A DNA stretch of 64,000 bases from a virus: IMG/VR virus record IMGVR_UViG_3300032304_002264, positions 1 through 64,000 of that record; one strand, given 5' to 3'. The notes under the pieces are model-generated. The model had not been told where the DNA came from. It saw only the letters and a list, made by a program, of their open reading frames with translations, and searched no databases. The first letter of the stretch is position 1. The number at the start of each line of letters is the position of its first letter. The position numbers and the translations under genes are program-made. Positions 19,601-27,787 of this stretch are shown piece after piece.

Positions 19601-19738
19601 GCTCCATCTGGACAATCATCCCAAGAAAACTCGCAAGATCCATCGGCGGGTCGCCAACAACTTGCTCGCCAAATCAAAGACGCGGTATTGCAAATCATCA
19701 ACGACGAGAAAAGAATTGGAGGATCTTTAAGAAGATAA
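10631..19738 (+). CDS. Tape measure protein with inserted enzyme-like cassettes
   Basis: 3035 aa. N-terminal TP901-like core (ELARQG, LSRLSGLD, TARGGAVIGNSFKTIFARI), hydrophobic segments, coiled coils, D.VPAML.GGE(Y/F)V motifs near the C-terminus. Confidence 0.9.
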   Translation: MSQSIQIPVTQVGLEQSIAAAMKRVGNSSQINLGTNSKQINALSQPLGRITGQADEFSKSMAAANARVLAFGASASIIAGVSVAMSGLLSSTIKVEKSLVEINAVLGVSGDKLDKFGQGIFNVAKNTGKSFEEVATGALELARQGLSAEETLTRLNDALILSRLSGLDAAKSVEGLTAAFNSFKSSGISTAEILNNIVAVSQKFAVSEKDIIEGLGRSASVADLAGVSFNELAAIITAVQEKTARGGAVIGNSFKTIFARIQDKAVLSDLQDMGIAVTTLQGDVLPALKILENLAAQMDGFSQIEQADISKKLGGIYQLDKLLAALKDLSSESSVYRAALKEIEMAGDSAYKKNAVLNETLASLINKVTVSAEQLGAKLGEIGVTDNLKNLLGFFNSLLEGIQKVLGEESGLGNLVRGLVKGLGNFFAGPGLALFGAIILKLSKDLVQFGFASLKAFFGIGQAAKEVQSVESAISQVLARNVDLQQKLFQLEGNRAGQLKLITGALVEQEALLRRSASISSGLAAPLYNVGVRASDSGLRIKNKAGGYMPAVAKESQAINSGVGGARRGDKPVVMPNFNFGQGKKGTVVAHTGEYVVPNFGGGKGSAIFNRDMVQKMGLPDGAKKITASGGLIPNFKDVEITKKVSEFSSLGRLVTAKKVDSIDSFTSSISPIEQTLTSAEYTKKAQKQLKEIVPKFGRNNLQINQAKLDQTLGFFKKAGVDTTSIQTFKSAVQNLDTKRPTSGQFLNIQNRMKGILGEIDASEMSGQKLNQGNSFLDLSDGSEVKTVKTQKASEILKKGINQYLLSSNIYDGEDNKTQLGKIPVYLPKGTPLLNSASGFIPNFAPKFNAETVRQYANDIEKYKNPTKDFYEFPDGTGGYGANVRLVLSRSQSKAVSNKQEKEKKISDKGFYNLDADALGGILLVSPRFGKSKGSLDTSMPIGKIPFFNQANTPSIDKNKYIKLKGIKTANTPSGRDLQALQGDISQLFAGGIVDLAYKLYGGTFDPASGGEFASKLKSLDPSKKQQLLPAAAQGDLFEAAGKVALNSFANLESLFGSAEQSRPFDFQNASALQKMFGVNARRGEAKRGGEKNFSSSDQVSGIVKKVFNDPEYSLTALESLRGQGAFNFSKAQKAASEASAASTSKAASAAKAASAAKAASATNAAGGFIPNFANYEDDNIPSYVREDMQKSPSFKRIQSLYNKFPNISYLSRGAESFAFKNNGEVLKVPTFKYAGKDRLKDKIGGINDMNWSAASDQLSFLAPNLKIIPPKTSGVVISQPFAGETVGNVIKDYKKGDSIGKKASQIFNSAQRLNPRKPNWLKPLSVDNGSSHNFTFPENLSQAKKDYFNNPKTSADEIFNRNKIGLIDLGVFRYFSKQAREEEKKITQGSVKADGFVPNFADFSSLNYTKTPEYAENQQRRRRKKANYKNASGAIGKIFGAIDKAGPTVLLDGVISGAEIQGLNLDYIKSLIENNGAIAQMFLGDKGSNFVVQAKKYGITVQQSAMKKLTSLAAKGLNKMQGLAGGYLPNFANPLQDAVGREMAAGVPASQIYIDKNSSLKNAMNPMGLMVANRRDEPAGGFQGINRARREGANPMTYGAAGGFVPNYVEANVRPYIGQTRTQALDAEKNDYRAALKELAKELREARKDLMYTKKGEVQQRLALQDRIKSLKENSSTLKAQSEANRKAIIQQTRGVLGTGRTATLRQATVTSSGSGAGGNRDMLGTIFAVQGALSVLTGATEGATEGFGLFANTLSSAAGTATTAIFASQGLATALPKFAGVLGPAGIAIGGLTAAYQIGTTLVNKYSGITSAVAASVEAMGKAAEGAAISLSTVGAARKEEIKKRAKEIGSNLSYGEVTQNKVGGTYDRTGRYTPESTISFQKEAQFQGEIGGVLNQDLRKQYYSVIESATAQQVPESTIKGQIEIIKKDGIILASELRSFSLKMADAAKGSSKQVKIFLNSIRESAAGVSDKLAGMSEEQFGALLDTSTIQDPEKRAQAAGYATAAEYKDANYKFKGANLSDRIQTQLEISEEQYNKVFKDLDDKQKGDILTKARTEAIATKSQKEIDEPQKERDLQVNLGRLQAEINLNQKLSDKKKIILNEEQAQKEKIAEIENNISLSENAKLKEIAKINKEYGKSIALLNEQEQQAKNIGDALISGLTGVAGISGDQIPGFADKIKLKVLPKFDGKDINLYQDQLRNLLIDPALELPSEAVKPLIEALSKAVVLNKESSDEKEKQIAILEKEYGIQIKSIDASSDKLSLEKQISAQIEARNSESSFKIENRVLNNAYETLSVNKEIEQIKRQTSLNELQKAEEVYKLELKRKDLESTGIGIGLEQKILDIDQDLISKARSAIKDSGMIASGGLRSDLTLEQLQKIAGADPGVSEEIKFAIENAKRQRELAQKAAQNQQAGLGDVTREGVLDKVDRGFFGGINDSVIALENQINTFAFDIGEKIPQMFSDNMSSAINKMIEGGESFSSVLRGAAYEFVKGINQANIKNLSDQFSKSLFSGGAGQTNSGGGGLAQGIGSFFSNMFMASGGMVNGGSGSKDDVPAMLMGGEYVVNKKAVSKYGAQFLESVNNGTLTGYAQGGSVQRGPQGNFYTPGTFGQGAIEGKRNLLDFATQTGTTGQFDKIVNQSGYQAIDLEPESSRLSVSGMRNSPQFEATQAAKEQAFDLYLQQYNAELEAKKAEKEQKKAFRKQLMMLAISAVAAPVLGAAGVGFGEAFKGAAGQGLISQLGAGAKGIFTGFNGVGGLGNLFSSVGKAFTGDFAGASQQFKYSQGIIPKAIPKAEPVSGISRGISAGSVRSGGEAARIGDIDPLEFDLPSSDTSLSPLAAKEFQKRQQAYSVLTNIDGYSPQAAKYVIQNSSGEYLSKVIARGEFLKMRASSSSVIFETQEPKKNATGGMIPSTSGIDTVPAMLSGGEFVMNRSAVQGIGSQNLQSMNSGGTSITSEETSKKLNEQLLAKLDELISASGSTGDITINVAPSGQSSQENSQDPSAGRQQLARQIKDAVLQIINDEKRIGGSLRR
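12263..15460 (+). repeat. Dispersed peptide repeat (A/S)xG(F/Y/L)(I/V/L)PN(F/Y), six full copies plus one partial, in the tape measure
   Basis: AGGYMP 12263 (partial), ASGGLIPNF 12512, SASGFIPNFA 13136, AAGGFIPNFA 14123, ADGFVPNFA 14810, AGGYLPNFA 15203, AAGGFVPNY 15431. Confidence 0.9.
14030..14119 (+). repeat. 18-bp tandem repeat, five units (KAASAA-like)
   Basis: AAAGCTGCAAGCGCGGCT: two exact copies (14066, 14084) and three variants (14030, 14048, 14102). Confidence 0.9.
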
Positions 19739-19739
19739 T

Positions 19740-20528
19740 ATGTTCGACCTATTAAACAACTATGAGAATAAAGTTTTCATCTCTGGGCAAGAACTGCTTG
19801 GAGTTGAAAATGTCGATGTCTCATACTCTCACTCTCCGTCCATTGCTAGATTCTTAGGACACTCAATCGGAAACACGATGGTCGCGAGTGATGCTCAAAG
19901 GCAAGTGTCATTTTCGCGCTATTTGATTTATAACGATCCAATCTTATCGTTAACAGGCGATTCTCCGACCAGCGGCAGCATCAACTATAACGGCCAAGCC
20001 TACGGCTTCAATAGCGGCTTCCTGACCGAATACAGCGTCAATTGTGCAGTCGGCACTATTCCATCTGTCAATGCCGCATTATCTGTTTATGGAGCAATGC
20101 AAAGCGGTATCAATCATTCAGGATCAGTCGCCGCCCCGACAATATATATCCCGAATCAAGGATCAATAACTTTAACGTGCGATAATTCGACAACCAATAG
20201 AGTCGTCGGCTTTGATTACTCAATTAAAATAAACAGAGAGCCAATTTACACAATTGGATCAGTCTTGCCAGCAGCGATAATAAGAGATCCTGTTATCGAA
20301 TATAGAGCTTCCGTGCAGATTGATGTTGATGATGCATTTTTGCAAAACTCAACTGGATTTTTATCTGCTAGACAGAACAAAACCGCAGCTTTTACTATAA
20401 GATCAAAAGACAACGCGCAAATTCTTCAGCAAGTCACGATACCTAACGCATCGTTAGTCGGCGAGACTTTAGCTTCGTCTGCTGATGGCGGTGTAAAATT
20501 AACCCTTAACTATGTAGGACACTCATGA
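19740..20528 (+). CDS. Tail tube-like minor tail protein
   Basis: GFLTEYSVNCAVGTIPSV and INREPIYTIGS resemble tube protein motifs; follows the tape measure. Confidence 0.6.
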   Translation: MFDLLNNYENKVFISGQELLGVENVDVSYSHSPSIARFLGHSIGNTMVASDAQRQVSFSRYLIYNDPILSLTGDSPTSGSINYNGQAYGFNSGFLTEYSVNCAVGTIPSVNAALSVYGAMQSGINHSGSVAAPTIYIPNQGSITLTCDNSTTNRVVGFDYSIKINREPIYTIGSVLPAAIIRDPVIEYRASVQIDVDDAFLQNSTGFLSARQNKTAAFTIRSKDNAQILQQVTIPNASLVGETLASSADGGVKLTLNYVGHS

Positions 20529-21472
20529 GCGCTTCTTTTTACGATAGAACAACAGGCAACATAAGCGGTGTTAACGCTTTAGCTTCATTGAGCTCTGAAT
20601 TTCCCGCTTACGGATCAAAGGTTTCAATGACATCTCGCAATAGCACATACGAGACACAAAACGGTTTCTATAACATGATGCCAATGTCAGTCAACAACTT
20701 GAATGCAAAGTTTGAGTTGCGTTATGATTTGCCAGAGACACAAGCTCAACAATTAGTCAGATTCTTGGAATTAAAGAACGGTCAGGACTTTATTGAGTTT
20801 GATGATCCATCTGATTTCTATAAAAAAGTAAGCGGCGTATGTGACAATTACGCTATTAATCATATAAACAAACGACACTACGAAGTAGCGTTTTCGCTGG
20901 AAGTATTTCAAGCTTCTTCTATACTCAATTGGTCGGGAATGTCATATATTAATACTTCCCCCAAAACTTGGGCGACCTCACAACCATATAAAAAATACGA
21001 TATACTCTATTCGGGCGTGAATGCCAACAAACTGAACAACTTTTATTACGCCACCGAAGATCATACGGCATCTAGTTCTGCGACTGATGGTCCTACAGGA
21101 TCAGCTTCGAAATGGAGTCAATCTTTCTTTTTCGAGCCAGATATTGGTATCCAAAACGATGTCAAAATGCGCGTCGATACGCTCGATTTCAAAAACTCAT
21201 TCATTCAAAAAATTAAATCTTCGCGCAACATTTCTTTAGTAAATTGGCAGTATAAGTTCGAAAATATTGATGATCAAAAAGCAAAAGCTATTTTCCACTT
21301 TTTAGAAAACAAATTAGGCTACAGAAGATTTTATCATTTGCCGTCTTCTGTTTATAATAGATTAAAGGTTTACTACTGCCCATCGTGGCAGCATACGTGG
21401 AACTATAATAATTCTCACACATTGGAAATTGAAATGGTGGAAGATCCACTAGGAATAGTTCCTCAAAATTAA
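20525..21472 (+). CDS. Minor/distal tail protein
   Basis: Two similar halves (AQQLVRFLELKNG and AKAIFHFLENKLG) reminiscent of lambda gpM-like domains, separated by a WATSQPYKKYDI segment. Confidence 0.55.
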   Translation: MSASFYDRTTGNISGVNALASLSSEFPAYGSKVSMTSRNSTYETQNGFYNMMPMSVNNLNAKFELRYDLPETQAQQLVRFLELKNGQDFIEFDDPSDFYKKVSGVCDNYAINHINKRHYEVAFSLEVFQASSILNWSGMSYINTSPKTWATSQPYKKYDILYSGVNANKLNNFYYATEDHTASSSATDGPTGSASKWSQSFFFEPDIGIQNDVKMRVDTLDFKNSFIQKIKSSRNISLVNWQYKFENIDDQKAKAIFHFLENKLGYRRFYHLPSSVYNRLKVYYCPSWQHTWNYNNSHTLEIEMVEDPLGIVPQN

Positions 21473-22584
21473 TGAGCAAATTAATATTAAAAAGCAACTC
21501 TGCAATACTAGCTACGTCGCCAGCTCCAGCATGGACGACCACAGAACAGTCGGGCTATTTTGTCCCTTTGGTTCAAGGATCTAATGTTTCGGTATCAGTC
21601 GATAGACAGACATCCAAACAAGTAGGATCGCAAAAATATGCAATAGATTCGATTGTCAGAGCCCCAGATGTTTCTTTCGATGTTGATTATTTTTTCTCGC
21701 CGCAATTAGCAAGTGAATATTTATTTGGACTAGCCTCACCATTAACTGGATCTGGGAAATCAGTGACTTCTGGCATGTCAGATAGAAATCAAAATTTCTA
21801 TTTAATTTTAAACAACGAAAATGGTAATGATCTATTGAGGGATTTTTCGGGAGTTTCTCCGCGAACTAATTTTAGCGGAATGAGATGCGTATCGGTCGGA
21901 AATTGTTTTTTAAAGAATTATTCCGTAGGATTTCAAGTGGGATCGCCGCCGATTGTTTCCACTTCATTTGGCGCATCTAATATACAAATAACCAATATGA
22001 CTGGCTCCAGAGTCAGCATCCCAGCAATCAATCTTGCGTCAGGAAATAATAGCGGATCTGGTTATTTAGATTTTACTAGTTTGAAAAATACGCTTACTGG
22101 TTACGCAAGTGAATTCGTAACTAATCGACCAAATGTTTATCGTCTGCCAGCAGCATCTCCTCAGAATGTATCAGCTCAACTTGAAAACCTACAAATGGGA
22201 GGAGTAACTCTTGTGAGTGGCGCTCTCATTCAATCTGTTAATCTTTCCGCTCCATTTGAGAGAACCGATTTATATGGTCTAGGAAGTAATCATGTCTATG
22301 GAAGAAAGCTGCAACTGCCATTAAGAGCGTCAGTAGATGTCAGCGCCATAGTAGAGCGGTTTTCTAGTGGAAACCTTGATCTATTAAATCGGTCTGAAGA
22401 AGATTACGACTTTGATATTACATTCACTGATCCCAGAAGAACTTCTTCAGGTCAATTTAGAATACGCGGAGCGAAAATTAATTCTTTTTCATGCTCATTA
22501 CCAGTAAATGACAAAATAGAGTTCACGGCCAACTATTCTGTAGAGGTCACAGACGCTTCTGGTTTCTTTATGAGAAGGTTATAA
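21472..22584 (+). CDS. Tail tube paralog
   Basis: GNCFLKNYSVGFQVGSPP and IQSVNLSAPFERTDLYGLGS align with GNAYLTDYSLELAVGSIP and IQSASMSLPLGRTPIERLGS of 5430..6551. Confidence 0.65.
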   Translation: MSKLILKSNSAILATSPAPAWTTTEQSGYFVPLVQGSNVSVSVDRQTSKQVGSQKYAIDSIVRAPDVSFDVDYFFSPQLASEYLFGLASPLTGSGKSVTSGMSDRNQNFYLILNNENGNDLLRDFSGVSPRTNFSGMRCVSVGNCFLKNYSVGFQVGSPPIVSTSFGASNIQITNMTGSRVSIPAINLASGNNSGSGYLDFTSLKNTLTGYASEFVTNRPNVYRLPAASPQNVSAQLENLQMGGVTLVSGALIQSVNLSAPFERTDLYGLGSNHVYGRKLQLPLRASVDVSAIVERFSSGNLDLLNRSEEDYDFDITFTDPRRTSSGQFRIRGAKINSFSCSLPVNDKIEFTANYSVEVTDASGFFMRRL

Positions 22585-22588
22585 TTAA

Positions 22589-22981
22589 TTATTTACCGAA
22601 GTCCACGCTGATATTTTTACTCTCAAATGATTTCATTTGAGACGGATGCTTTGCTCCTCTGCGTTTTTCAGAATAGTCCTTATAATACTTTTCTTTTACT
22701 GGGTCTACGCCGCCAGCCATTTCCGCTCGCTGAGAACTAAGCTCCGCGCTTTTATCTAGCAGGTCGCCGTATGTTCCCTTTTTAGAGCCAGTTTTCCTAA
22801 CGAAGTCGTTAGTTTTAAAAGGGTCAATTTTTGAATCAAAGGACGCATTGGGAACGGTAAAAATTCTTTTCCAAGTAGTTTCGTCGCCATTTTCTCCAAA
22901 GTATTCTTTTATATCGTTCATGCTTAACAAAACATCTCGAATCTCTTCTGTTTCTTGATTTTTAAATGTGTAATATGGCAT
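22589..22981 (-). CDS. FmdB-like small protein (no Cys)
   Basis: MPYYTFKNQETEE start resembles MPxYxYxC FmdB ribbons but lacks cysteines. Confidence 0.5.
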   Translation of the reverse strand: MPYYTFKNQETEEIRDVLLSMNDIKEYFGENGDETTWKRIFTVPNASFDSKIDPFKTNDFVRKTGSKKGTYGDLLDKSAELSSQRAEMAGGVDPVKEKYYKDYSEKRRGAKHPSQMKSFESKNISVDFGK

Positions 22982-23783
22982 CGTTTTTAATATAATTGAA
23001 ATAAAAATCCCTCTTTCTTTTCATTGAAAAAGGGGTGGACTGATAAAGGAAATCCATAATTTTTATAATTTTTAATTTTTTATATGTACCTGCATAGTAT
23101 AAGTGTTTTGAATTTTTGCATACTGTCAATGACAATTCTTCTCCAACTAAAAGCTCTATAGATTTTGAAAAACCAACGCTCATGCTTAAAGTCCCTAAAA
23201 AGCAAAATAAAAAAGAATTTCCTTTGCTTTTGCACAAGCAGCCGTCTCCATCAAAAAGACCGAGTAAAAAACTAGATAAAAATTCTTTGGGGACAATCTT
23301 TTCATTAGGAAAAGATAATGTATATGTTTTATTACCAGAGCATCCCAATTTAGCTAAATCATTAGAAAGCTTTTTATTAACAATATCAAGACGATAATGG
23401 GTATTTTTTGATTTATTTATTTTATAAATAGGTCTATTGGAACACAATTCAGATCTGACAAATTCAATAACATCTAAATCATTTAGCCCCAATGCGATTC
23501 TATTTCTGCGCAAAAAATTATTTCCATCTGTATAAAAAAGACCTAATACATAAGCTTTGGCATGAGAATTTATTTCTTCAAAATAATTTTCGTCAATAGG
23601 GTAAACTTGACGAGCTTTACTATTATTTCTCCTTGAAATTTTGAACTTATCTAATATAGAGTAAATAGGAGTGCTAGACACATTAAACATTTTAGCGATT
23701 TTTGTTGCTGGAGCGCCATCTATATAGAGATTAACAACTTCTTTTTCTTGAAATTCACTCAATTTTTTTTTCGTGTTCATCAT
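22962..23783 (-). mobile_element. Free-standing LAGLIDADG homing endonuclease
   Basis: AYVLGLFYTDG and FLLGLFDGDG motifs; N-terminal HTH-like segment; AT-rich. Confidence 0.85.
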
Positions 23784-23789
23784 TCATTT

Positions 23790-23795
23790 TTACAC
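23790..23795 (-). promoter_or_regulatory. GTGTAA element before LAGLIDADG gene
   Basis: 6 nt before ATG 23783 and 9 nt before ATG 23780. Confidence 0.6.
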
Positions 23796-23821
23796 CCAAT
23801 TTATAATGAAATAATTTTATT

Positions 23822-24901
23822 TTAAAACGATTCAAGAATTTTCTGCACTGTATTTGCATATGTCATCCGCTCACCCAATTCAATGCCTTTCGTATTGATA
23901 GGCTGTTCAGCTAAGCGTTTTTCAGCTTTTTCAAAAGCTTCTAGCATCGCATTTTCGGAATAGCTTGGAAAGCTGCCCTGATTAAAGCTTTGACCAGAAA
24001 CAAAGAACGCTCCATCATGACTATCAATATGAGAATCACATTCAACGAGAATTGAGTTTTCTTCCGTCGCCCAGTCTTTGTGGGATGTGGCATTGGATAC
24101 GATGGACCACTTACCAAGACAAGTGGCGTTAAAGCTAGGCAGATTCCATCCTTCGGCATAACTCAACCCAGTAAGATCAATATCAATCGCGTTGAGCAGC
24201 TCATTGACCTCTTCATTAGTTTTCAAGCGTGGCAGAAAATTGATGTTCGAATACCTTTTGCCCTCCAAAACGCTGTTGATGATTTCACTCATCTGTTCAG
24301 GCTTGAAGAATGGATTTGTGATACAACAAGAGAGTTGATACTTATTGTTGTTTCCATATTTTGCCAGCCAAGCTTTAATGATGCCAGCGGTGTTTTTTCT
24401 CTTTTCAAACTTGCCCATAAGCCCGAAATGAGTTACACCTTTCAAGTATGTCCGATCAGTTTTATGAAAGTCTTGATCGAAACCAAGAGGCGCGAAAACA
24501 AAGTTATCACATCCTTTTTGTTTAAACAAATCAAGCGCATAATTAGAAGTGACTATCACCTTGTCTTGAGACTTGGCAATAGCAACTTCCATATCAGTTG
24601 GCTCGCTACATTCGTAAAATGTAAAAAGATTTTGACAATGAGATTTGCGATCTTCTCCGCCGCTAAAGTGCCATAACTTTAATGACGGAGATTTTTTCGA
24701 TAGCGCAGAGTAACGATTGTCAATTGATTTTTGCAAATACTGCTTAAAGTCTTCCGAAATATTAAAAGCAGATAAGTCAACATTTCCAATTGGAAAAAGC
24801 CCAATATCAAGATTCAATTTATAAAACTCCCGCAGAATGTTAATTGAAACATTCCCAAACGAAAGAGAATTTAAAGGAGCTTCTACTATTAGGCTTTTCA
24901 T
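23822..24901 (-). CDS. GT-B (GT4-like) glycosyltransferase
   Basis: GKFEKRKN and SYAEGWNLP motifs; start placed at MKSLIVEAP (24901) to avoid overlap with the upstream gene. Confidence 0.8.
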   Translation of the reverse strand: MKSLIVEAPLNSLSFGNVSINILREFYKLNLDIGLFPIGNVDLSAFNISEDFKQYLQKSIDNRYSALSKKSPSLKLWHFSGGEDRKSHCQNLFTFYECSEPTDMEVAIAKSQDKVIVTSNYALDLFKQKGCDNFVFAPLGFDQDFHKTDRTYLKGVTHFGLMGKFEKRKNTAGIIKAWLAKYGNNNKYQLSCCITNPFFKPEQMSEIINSVLEGKRYSNINFLPRLKTNEEVNELLNAIDIDLTGLSYAEGWNLPSFNATCLGKWSIVSNATSHKDWATEENSILVECDSHIDSHDGAFFVSGQSFNQGSFPSYSENAMLEAFEKAEKRLAEQPINTKGIELGERMTYANTVQKILESF

Positions 24902-24905
24902 AAAT

Positions 24906-25412
24906 TTATATTTTTTTGTTTGTTTGCTTTGATTTTTCATATATGCAAATATCTCTTTGCTTTATATGGTATTCATTGTGATGAGCAACACAGAGCCACC
25001 TAACGTCTAGAGATTTTGAATAATCGTCATGATGAGCTTCAGCTTTTATTTCGCCGCATATTTCACATTTTTGTTTAGTCATTCGTCCATCCCGAATAGC
25101 ATTCGAAACGGCACAATGAGCTTTTCGCTTATCAGGATATTTGCTGAAATATCTATCCTGTATCTTCTTTTTCTCCTCTTTTGAAAGAGGCTTCCAATCT
25201 GGATTTGATTTTCTACAAAGATTTGATTTTGTTCTGCATCTTAATTTTTCTTTTAAGATCCAATCTAAATCAAAAGATTTGATTTTAATTCTGTCGGCGG
25301 TATCTTTTTTGGAGCAGGTCTTACATTTATTCAAATGTCCATCTGCCATTTTTGGGTGAGTATAAAAATCACCAATGTCTTTAAGCTCTGAGCATTTAAA
25401 ACATTTTTTCAT
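24906..25412 (-). CDS. HNH-like zinc-binding endonuclease
   Basis: CFKC..CKTC N-terminal finger; CEICG..AEAHHDDYSK..VRWLCVAHH. Confidence 0.7.
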   Translation of the reverse strand: MKKCFKCSELKDIGDFYTHPKMADGHLNKCKTCSKKDTADRIKIKSFDLDWILKEKLRCRTKSNLCRKSNPDWKPLSKEEKKKIQDRYFSKYPDKRKAHCAVSNAIRDGRMTKQKCEICGEIKAEAHHDDYSKSLDVRWLCVAHHNEYHIKQRDICIYEKSKQTNKKI

Positions 25413-25418
25413 TGAAGA

Positions 25419-25814
25419 TCAGAAGGGGATTTCATCCAAATCATGGTGAGAATCCGTCTTTTGCTGCTCTTTAGTAGGCTCATCTTGGGATGCTCCGTCC
25501 TTTTTAGCACCGCCATTGCTAAGAAACTTAACCTTAGATCCGCGAATGAAATTCTTCGTTTTTTCGACACTCTCTTTATCTTTCCATGTGCTAGAAGCGA
25601 GCTCCCCTTCAAAGTAAATTTGACGACCCTTCGTGAGATACTGTTGGCAGGTTTCGCCGAGCTTTTCCCAGCACTCAAGATCAATAAAACACTTGTTCTT
25701 CGAGTTAGTATCCGAGATACAGATTCTCATACGGCAAATAGACTTGCCTGTTGATGTTGATTGAGAGGTGGGGTCAGCCACCAGATGTCCGATTCCTACG
25801 ATTGTGTTATGCAT
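25419..25814 (-). CDS. ssb: Single-stranded DNA-binding protein
   Basis: GHLVADP, YLTKGRQIYFEGEL, C-terminal DEIPF. Confidence 0.9.
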   Translation of the reverse strand: MHNTIVGIGHLVADPTSQSTSTGKSICRMRICISDTNSKNKCFIDLECWEKLGETCQQYLTKGRQIYFEGELASSTWKDKESVEKTKNFIRGSKVKFLSNGGAKKDGASQDEPTKEQQKTDSHHDLDEIPF

Positions 25815-26376
25815 TTTGTATTGTTAATTTAATTTTTTTGATGAATTTGTCATGAATGTCGATGCAGCCTTGTATAGACATGTTTAGTTTGGCAGCGACC
25901 TCTTTCCAACCATGCGGCTTATTGTAAGTGAGTCCATATCTCATGTCAATAATTTTTTTTATTCTTTTGTCTTTTTGCTCTTTCGCGAGATCGACAATCA
26001 TGGCGATATATTCTTGAGCCTCTATATCTTCTAGAAAAAATGAATTATCTGGCTGGTCATTAAAATTATCGTCGAGAGGTTCTTTTTGGAATTTCTTTTG
26101 TTTATTATAAATATTAAGACACCTCCAGCGAGTTTCGTATGCGAGATAAGTCGAAAACTTCACATTGCGATCAGGCTCAAACTTTAAAGCGGCCACGTAG
26201 ATGTAATAGTCTTTGTCGTCCAGAATTTCATTTTTATCAATAAAAAACGCAGAGTTTGATATCGTTTTGTTAACGATGTCAATGTAAATGCCCGAATGTC
26301 TATCAATTAGACACTGCAAGCTGCTGCTATCGTTTTCGGTTTTGATTTTTTCAATCAATGAAATGTCTGCGTCCAT
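25807..26376 (-). CDS. Phage sigma70-family factor (regions 2 and 4)
   Basis: KFEPDRNVKFSTYL (region 2) and IIDMRYGL..WKEVAAKLNMS (region 4 HTH). Confidence 0.8.
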   Translation of the reverse strand: MDADISLIEKIKTENDSSSLQCLIDRHSGIYIDIVNKTISNSAFFIDKNEILDDKDYYIYVAALKFEPDRNVKFSTYLAYETRWRCLNIYNKQKKFQKEPLDDNFNDQPDNSFFLEDIEAQEYIAMIVDLAKEQKDKRIKKIIDMRYGLTYNKPHGWKEVAAKLNMSIQGCIDIHDKFIKKIKLTIQNA

Positions 26377-26957
26377 AATTTAATTACTTTTTCGTCAATG
26401 GTTTTTTCCAGCACTTCAACGGCGATTTGCTTGAGATTCTTTTTATTTTCGATACCGACTGTTTGCCAAGCAAGTTGAAAATCAGAATTCGCTTTGAGAA
26501 TGGGATTGTTCGCCGCCTCTTCTTCATTGGCTGGTGGAATAATTTCTCCGTCTAAAATTCGATCAATAAAGATGCAGTAGCTATCGTGACCTCGAAGCCA
26601 TTCCATCTCGTTCGCATATCGAATGTCTGGAACAATATAAACACAATTGTTTGTCATTTTCTCGGCAGCGCGTTTAATCCAAATATTCGGATCAAGCTTT
26701 CTGCGGACATGAGTTCCCCATGTAACTAACAAAGGTCTAATAATTTTCTTTTCCTCGTCGTCCGCCGTGAAAACATCAATTCCAAGCGTCTTATCAACAA
26801 ATTCTCGCAGTTCATCTTTTAATGAATCAGCTAAATTGATTTTTTTACTTTTAATTCCGATATCCGCAAGAACTTCTTGAATGAGTTCCGCCATCGTGTC
26901 TTTGCCACAGCGAGCATTACCGCAAATGCCGATAATTGTTTTTGGTTTGTCGATCAT
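26355..26957 (-). CDS. Deoxynucleoside monophosphate kinase
   Basis: GICGNARCGKDT P-loop, LADSLK, RPLLVTWGT, PDIRYANE. Confidence 0.85.
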   Translation of the reverse strand: MIDKPKTIIGICGNARCGKDTMAELIQEVLADIGIKSKKINLADSLKDELREFVDKTLGIDVFTADDEEKKIIRPLLVTWGTHVRRKLDPNIWIKRAAEKMTNNCVYIVPDIRYANEMEWLRGHDSYCIFIDRILDGEIIPPANEEEAANNPILKANSDFQLAWQTVGIENKKNLKQIAVEVLEKTIDEKVIKLWTQTFH

Positions 26958-27448
26958 AGTCCCGAACTACCGAAGCCTCCTTCTCCTCTTTGTGTTTCTC
27001 CTAGAGCGCCAGCTGAGATATCATTTGGCTCAACGGTTTTAGCAAAAACAAGCTGACCGATTCGATCTCCTTTTTTGTATATTTTTGTATCGTCTAGCTC
27101 ACAAATTAAATGATCTTGATGAACAATCATATGATTTGGTTGAAAAATATATCCAAAGCGAAGCTTGATCGAGCCTCGATAACCATTGTCAATCAGTCCA
27201 ACCGAATTGCGCAGAAATAGATTTGTTTTTGAGATCGAACTTCTAGGCATGACTAGCGTATGATATCCCTCTTCAGGGGCAATCTCAAGGCCCGTATCGT
27301 ATTCGATATATTCAATGTTTTTCCAATAAGGTCCATAAGCTCGTGTGCCAATTATTTTGGGTTCGCTTTGGGCGATGATATCCCACCCTGCATCGCCCAC
27401 ATTGGCGGGGGTGTTGATGTAATCAGTTGAATTGATTGTAAGTTTCAT
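26954..27448 (-). CDS. dut: Trimeric dUTPase
   Basis: AGWD, PRSS, GLIDNGYRG, RIGQL, RGEGGFGSSG motifs. Confidence 0.95.
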   Translation of the reverse strand: MKLTINSTDYINTPANVGDAGWDIIAQSEPKIIGTRAYGPYWKNIEYIEYDTGLEIAPEEGYHTLVMPRSSISKTNLFLRNSVGLIDNGYRGSIKLRFGYIFQPNHMIVHQDHLICELDDTKIYKKGDRIGQLVFAKTVEPNDISAGALGETQRGEGGFGSSGL

Positions 27449-27750
27449 TATTCGTTATTTTTCTTGAGATCTTCTGGGCCTCCAATTTTCTCAGCAAGAT
27501 CTTTAGCGAATTTATGCATTCCAATGTCTGCTAAAACAAAAGGGGAATAAATATATTCGGAATCTTTTTTATTGAGTTTAACGGGTATAACTTCTATTGA
27601 AGCTCCCACCGAGAAACCCTGAGAAGAGGAATTAATTTGACGATTTAGTGCCGCTATAGCAGCTTCCATAGGTGATTCTGCCGCCTCCACTAAACAATCC
27701 CAGTCTGCACTTGAGCAGATGTAGGATTGCGCCTGTTTTTTATCCTTCAT
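27448..27750 (-). CDS. Hypothetical protein
   Basis: 100-aa ORF at the head of the leftward operon. Confidence 0.6.
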   Translation of the reverse strand: MKDKKQAQSYICSSADWDCLVEAAESPMEAAIAALNRQINSSSQGFSVGASIEVIPVKLNKKDSEYIYSPFVLADIGMHKFAKDLAEKIGGPEDLKKNNE

Positions 27751-27758
27751 ACAAGGAC

Positions 27759-27787
27759 AATTTAACTTAAAATTAACCTTTTGTCAA
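27759..27787 (-). promoter_or_regulatory. Sigma70-type promoter
   Basis: TTGACA-17-TAAATT, 8 nt before ATG 27750. Confidence 0.7.
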
